Below the pieces are notes generated by a model. It did no database searches. It worked only from the letters and a program-made list of their open reading frames with translations, and was not told the DNA's origin. The translations under genes were made by a program, and so were the position numbers. From Acidimicrobiales bacterium (GTDB lineage Bacteria; Actinomycetota; Acidimicrobiia; Acidimicrobiales; SHLQ01), in contig JBPCTR010000230.1 in NCBI GenBank assembly GCA_051011575.1, positions 1 through 52,425 on the forward strand: DNA of 52,425 bases, in the 5' to 3' direction. Positions 47,909-52,425 of this stretch are shown piece after piece; the stretch's first letter is position 1; each line of letters opens with the position of its first letter.

Positions 47909-48448
47909 TCAGGGGTTGGCCACGACCCGGGGCACGATCACTCGGTCGACGGGGTCCCATACACCGAGCCTCGAGTCGACGTCGGCCTCGTTGAGCAGCA
48001 CATCGATCGCTGCCTGAGACTCGGGGTTATCGAAGTTGTTCTGGACCGAGGTGAGCCACACGTTTCGAACGAGCGCTGCCCATGCCTCACTCGACCGGCT
48101 CAAGGGACCGAGCCCTCCATTCGCGATCGCTTCCTCGAGCGTTTGCGAGGCAACAGATTCGTCGGATTCCGACATGTCGATCCCAAGGGTGGACAGGTAC
48201 TGCGTTTGCGCCGCGTTCACGATCCAGATCGCACCGTCGAGGCGTACCTGGTCGGCATTGAGGGTGACCGGTAGGTCCGGACCGTCGGGATCGATCTGCT
48301 GCAGCGAGACTCTCAGCTCATTGAGCCCGCTGCGGCTTATCGACAGCTCGCCCACCGCCAAAGCGTCGGGCTCGCCGCCGGCGCCACACGCCGACAGCGC
48401 CAGGGTCGCGAGCAAAACGGGGGCAAGACGTCGGATCACGGAGTTCAT
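47909..48448 (-). CDS. Putative lipoprotein
   Basis: Signal peptide with lipobox LSAC; between mfd and mazG. Confidence 0.8.
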   Translation of the reverse strand: MNSVIRRLAPVLLATLALSACGAGGEPDALAVGELSISRSGLNELRVSLQQIDPDGPDLPVTLNADQVRLDGAIWIVNAAQTQYLSTLGIDMSESDESVASQTLEEAIANGGLGPLSRSSEAWAALVRNVWLTSVQNNFDNPESQAAIDVLLNEADVDSRLGVWDPVDRVIVPRVVANP

Positions 48449-51400
48449 GATGGCACCTTCTCGGCCTCGGGTTCGGGTTCGTCGACGGGTGCAAGGTCGT
48501 CGAGCGCCAACACGATCTGCTCGGCGATGTTGCCCTTCTTCATACCCAGTTGCAGGAAGCCGCCATCGGCCTCCTTGTACACGGAATGTTTGTAGATGCG
48601 GTCGAGTCGGATCTGTTTGCTCGTGGGCAGCGCAATCGGCGACATGCGCACGAGATGATCGGGACCTCCGAACCCGGGGCCCTTGGCAGTCGTGAGTTCG
48701 GTGATGCCGATACGTATGCAGTGCGCACGGACCATCGCCACGTCAAGCAGGTTCGCCGCGGCATCGGGTAGCGGGCCGTAGCGATCGAGCCACTCCGCTC
48801 GAACGTCATCGACCTCGGCGGTCGTGGAGATCGCGGCGAGTCGGCGGTAGGCCTCGAGCCGCTGATCCTCGGTGTTCATGTAGCTGTCGGGCAGGAAAGC
48901 CTTGACCGGTAGCTCGACGTTCAGTTCGACCGCCTGCTCGACCGTCTCGCCCTTGAGCTCTGAGACCGCTTCGGTGACCATCTGGCAGTAGAGGTCGTAG
49001 CCGACCGCGGCGATGTGGCCCGATTGGCCGGTGCCCAGCAGGTTGCCCGCGCCGCGGATTTCGAGATCGCGCATGGCGATCTTGAATCCTGACCCCAGAT
49101 CTGTGGCCTCGCCGATTGTCTTCAGGCGCTCGTAGGCCTGCTCGGAGAGCGATTTGTCGGGAGGCACCATCAGGTAGGCGTAGGCCCGTTGTCCCGATCG
49201 ACCCACGCGGCCGCGCAGCTGGTGCATCTGTCCCAGGCCAAGCAGATCGGCGCGGTCGACCACGAGCGTGTTCACCGAAGGCATGTCGATGCCCGACTCG
49301 ATGATCGTGGTGCACACGAGCACGTCGTAGAGGCCTTCCCAAAAATCGAGCACGACCTGTTCGAGCGTGCCCTCGTCCATCTGGCCATGAGCGATCGCGA
49401 TCCGAGCCTCGGGGACGAGCTCGCGGACTCGGGCCGCGATGTGTTCGATGTCCATCACCCGGTTGTGAACGAAGAACACCTGCCCCTCGCGGAGCAGTTC
49501 GCGGCGGATCGCCTCGGCGATCGCCCGATCGTTCTGTTCGCCCACGTACGTGAGGATCGGCTGTCGTTCGGCCGGCGCCGTGTTCAGCAGTGTCATGTCG
49601 CGTATGCCGGTGAGGCTCATCTCGAGCGTGCGAGGAATCGGCGTGGCCGTGAGCGTCAGGACGTCGACATCGGTACGGAGCGCCTTGATCGCCTCTTTGT
49701 GCTTCACCCCGAACCGTTGTTCCTCATCGACGACCAGCAGACCGAGGTCCTTGAAGTTCAGCTCGCTGTTCAGCATTCGATGGGTGCCGATCAGCACGTC
49801 GACCTTGCCCTCATTCACGCCTTCGATCACCTGCTTCGCCTGGGCGTTGGTGAGAAAGCGACTGAGTACCTCAACCCGGATCGGGAAGCTGGCGAACCGT
49901 TCGCCGAACGTCATGTGGTGTTGCTGGGCAAGAAGCGTCGTGGGCACGAGCACTGCCACCTGTTTTCCGTCCTGCACCGCCTTGAACGCCGCCCGGATCG
50001 CGATCTCCGTCTTGCCGAAGCCGACGTCGCCCACGACGAGCCGATCCATCGGATACGGAAGTTCCATGTCGCCCTTGACATCGACCACCGCCTGAAGCTG
50101 GTCGGGGGTCTCCTCATACGGGAACGAGTCCTCGAGCTCCGACTGGAACGGGGTGTCGGCACCGAACGCATGGCCTTCGGCAGTAACGCGCTTCTGGTAC
50201 AGCACGACGAGTTCCTGCGCGATCTCTGCCACCTCGGAACGGACCCTCGCCTTGGTCTTTGCCCAGTCGGCGCCGCCCATCTTTGACAGCGACGGGCTGT
50301 CGCCGCCCGTGTAGTGACGCACGATGCCGATCTGGTCGGACGGCACATAGAGCTTGTCGTCGCCGCGGTATTCGAGCAGCAGGTAGTCGCGCTCCACTCC
50401 CCCGATGGCGCGAGTGACCATGCCGGCGAAGCGGGCCACACCGTGCTGGTGGTGCACGACGTAGTCGCCGGGTGCGAGATCATCGAAGGTGTCCTGTGCT
50501 GCAGGGGTGCGCTTGCGCGCCCGCCGGTGTGTGCGCCGTCGGCCCGTGATGTCGCTCTCGGACAGGACCGCGAGCTTGGCCGAGGTGAATACCGCGCCGC
50601 GCTCGAGGGGCGCGACCACGATGCCCGACTGTGCCGGGCCGAGCTCGTCGACGAGCTCGAGGTGCACGCCGTTGTCAGCGAGAAGTACGGCCAGGCGGGG
50701 GGCCGTGCCGGTGCCATCGGCGCCCACGACGATGCGGAAACCATCGGCGATGAGGCGGTGCAGTTGGTTGACGAGCGGAGGTGGATCTCCGAGCGGTGAC
50801 TCCCAACCGGTCGCAGCGACCACCCCAACGTCGGGACCCTCCGGGGCGACCGTCATCGTCCAGACCGGCGCCGTGGCGTGGGCGAGAATCCGGTCGAAGG
50901 GCACGTGGAGGCGGGGGAACTCGTCTTCGGTGGCGTCGTGGGCGATCGCTCCCCACGTGCGGGCAAGACTGTGCGCGAGATCTGCTTCCTCGGCCAAAAT
51001 GTCGGCCGCCCGGTCGCGCAATCGCCGAGGTTCGACGAGGACGATGAGGGCGTCATCGCCGAGATGATCGATCAGGATGGATTCCGAGTCGGTGAGCCAC
51101 GGGAGCCACGACTCCATCCCGTCGAAGAACTCGCCGTCGGAGAGCCGCTCCCACTGTTCCCGACCCCACGGTTCTTCGGCCACGAGCGAGGCGGCCTTCT
51201 CGACGATCTCCTCCGATGCGACGACTTCGCGGGCGGCATGGATGATCACTTCGCTACGGGTCACGGTGGCGCGCTGGTCGCTCACACCGAACTCGGTGAG
51301 ACGATCGACCTCATCGCCCCACAGGTCGATTCGTACCGGGGCATCGGCGGTACTCGGGTAGACGTCGACGATCGAGCCACGAACGGCGAAATGGCCGCGA

Positions 51401-51924
51401 TTCTCGACCTGGGGTTCACGGCGGTACCCGGCGTCGACCAGTGCGCGTGAGAGGTCGCCGATGTCGACCTGGTCACCGACGCCGACGATGACGGGCTCGA
51501 GCTCGTCGATGCCCGGACCCAGTCGTTGCACGATCGCTCGGGCCGACGTGACCACGACCTTGGGGGCGGTGGCTGGATCCTGAAGGCGCCAAAGGACCTC
51601 GAGACGTCGGCCCATCGTCTCGACATTCGGGCTGATTCGTTCGAAGGGCAACGTCTCCCAGGCGGGGAAGATCGCGACGTTGTTCTCGCCCAGATAGTGG
51701 ACGAGGTCGCTTCGAAGTCGTTCGGCCTCGGTCGACGTGGGAACCGCCACCACGACGGGACTTCGTTCGCTCTGGGCTGCGGCAGTGGCAACAGCCAGGG
51801 GTCGGCCCGCCTCGGGCACCGCGAGCACAGCGGTGCGGCGACCGAGCACGTCGATGATCCCGGGATCGTCGCGCAAGGCCGCGGTGAGTCCGGCGAGCGC
51901 GGCACCATCGACGTCCAGGCTCAT
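48445..51924 (-). CDS. mfd: Transcription-repair coupling factor Mfd
   Basis: GDVGFGKT, DEEQRFG, TATPIPRT, QLRGRVGR, DLEIRGAG; 1159 aa. Confidence 0.98.
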   Translation of the reverse strand: MSLDVDGAALAGLTAALRDDPGIIDVLGRRTAVLAVPEAGRPLAVATAAAQSERSPVVVAVPTSTEAERLRSDLVHYLGENNVAIFPAWETLPFERISPNVETMGRRLEVLWRLQDPATAPKVVVTSARAIVQRLGPGIDELEPVIVGVGDQVDIGDLSRALVDAGYRREPQVENRGHFAVRGSIVDVYPSTADAPVRIDLWGDEVDRLTEFGVSDQRATVTRSEVIIHAAREVVASEEIVEKAASLVAEEPWGREQWERLSDGEFFDGMESWLPWLTDSESILIDHLGDDALIVLVEPRRLRDRAADILAEEADLAHSLARTWGAIAHDATEDEFPRLHVPFDRILAHATAPVWTMTVAPEGPDVGVVAATGWESPLGDPPPLVNQLHRLIADGFRIVVGADGTGTAPRLAVLLADNGVHLELVDELGPAQSGIVVAPLERGAVFTSAKLAVLSESDITGRRRTHRRARKRTPAAQDTFDDLAPGDYVVHHQHGVARFAGMVTRAIGGVERDYLLLEYRGDDKLYVPSDQIGIVRHYTGGDSPSLSKMGGADWAKTKARVRSEVAEIAQELVVLYQKRVTAEGHAFGADTPFQSELEDSFPYEETPDQLQAVVDVKGDMELPYPMDRLVVGDVGFGKTEIAIRAAFKAVQDGKQVAVLVPTTLLAQQHHMTFGERFASFPIRVEVLSRFLTNAQAKQVIEGVNEGKVDVLIGTHRMLNSELNFKDLGLLVVDEEQRFGVKHKEAIKALRTDVDVLTLTATPIPRTLEMSLTGIRDMTLLNTAPAERQPILTYVGEQNDRAIAEAIRRELLREGQVFFVHNRVMDIEHIAARVRELVPEARIAIAHGQMDEGTLEQVVLDFWEGLYDVLVCTTIIESGIDMPSVNTLVVDRADLLGLGQMHQLRGRVGRSGQRAYAYLMVPPDKSLSEQAYERLKTIGEATDLGSGFKIAMRDLEIRGAGNLLGTGQSGHIAAVGYDLYCQMVTEAVSELKGETVEQAVELNVELPVKAFLPDSYMNTEDQRLEAYRRLAAISTTAEVDDVRAEWLDRYGPLPDAAANLLDVAMVRAHCIRIGITELTTAKGPGFGGPDHLVRMSPIALPTSKQIRLDRIYKHSVYKEADGGFLQLGMKKGNIAEQIVLALDDLAPVDEPEPEAEKVPS

Positions 51925-52424
51925 CGGTTGACCTCGTTCATGGTGTTCTCGACCCCGTCGACAAGCAGGCGTTCGACCGCATCGGCTGCCTGCTGAACAG
52001 CGATGTCGAGCTCGGTTCGATCGGTCTTTCCAGGTCGCCGGAGAACGTAGTCGCTCACCGATTGGCGGCCGGGCGGCCGTCCGATACCAATGCGAAGTCG
52101 GAGGAAGTCGGGGGTCTTGATGTGCCGTCTGATCGACTTCAGCCCATTGTGCCCGGCGAGGCCTCCCCCCACTTTGAGCTTGATTCGCCCGGGGTCGAGG
52201 TCGAGTTCGTCGTGGATCACGAGGAGGTCTTCGGGATCGTCGATGCCGTAGCGCTTCACGAGGTCCCGGACCGAACGGCCGGAGTCATTCATGAATGTCT
52301 GCGGAAACGCAAGCGCGACCCGACTGCCACCGATGTGCACTTCGTCGGCGAGTGCAGCCTGCTTCGACGGGCGGAGCCGGCCGCCATGACGCTCAGCGAG
52401 CACCTCGACGACCTCGGCGCCCAC
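51921..52424 (-). CDS. pth: Peptidyl-tRNA hydrolase (5' end outside window)
   Basis: PQTFMNDSG, HDELD, GHNGLKSI, RLRIGIG. Confidence 0.96.
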   Translation of the reverse strand: MGAEVVEVLAERHGGRLRPSKQAALADEVHIGGSRVALAFPQTFMNDSGRSVRDLVKRYGIDDPEDLLVIHDELDLDPGRIKLKVGGGLAGHNGLKSIRRHIKTPDFLRLRIGIGRPPGRQSVSDYVLRRPGKTDRTELDIAVQQAADAVERLLVDGVENTMNEVNR

Positions 52425-52425
52425 G

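Overview
High-GC bacterial DNA. Gene content and order (pth-mfd-mazG-eno-divIC-DUF501-ppx, the tmRNA tag, many apparently leaderless genes) point to Actinomycetota, most likely Acidimicrobiia-like (inference, no search run). The window opens in the 3' part of tmRNA (ssrA). About 1.06-31.6 kb holds a near-complete single-locus flagellar system: an HDOD-GGDEF diguanylate cyclase, fliD, csrA, fliM, fliOPQR, a J-domain gene, flhB, flhA, a GTPase-less FlhF-like gene, flgBC, fliEFGHIJ, a lytic transglycosylase-FliK fusion, flgDE, flbD, motAB, fliL, two tandem flagellins, fliS, flgN, flgKL, fliW and fliN. No che genes, flgF/flgG/flgJ, flgM or sigma factor gene occur in the window. The rest is metabolic and housekeeping: sulfatase, two dehydrogenases, acyl-CoA synthetase, a Cas4/RecB-like nuclease, a GNAT, ppx, a MocA-DUF501 fusion, split XdhC, CoxE/CoxD-like genes, divIC, eno, YabN-type mazG, mfd and pth. 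Highlights: (1) the SLT-FliK fusion; (2) one sigma28-like promoter motif (CTCA-N16/17-GCCGAW) in front of 11 genes, early and late alike, including the cyclase, several apparently leaderless; (3) CsrA-type GGA hairpins at both flagellins and at flgB and flgE; (4) a structured GGA-rich fliC2-fliS spacer (ncRNA candidate); (5) Na+-type stator signatures; (6) two dispersed intergenic repeat families.
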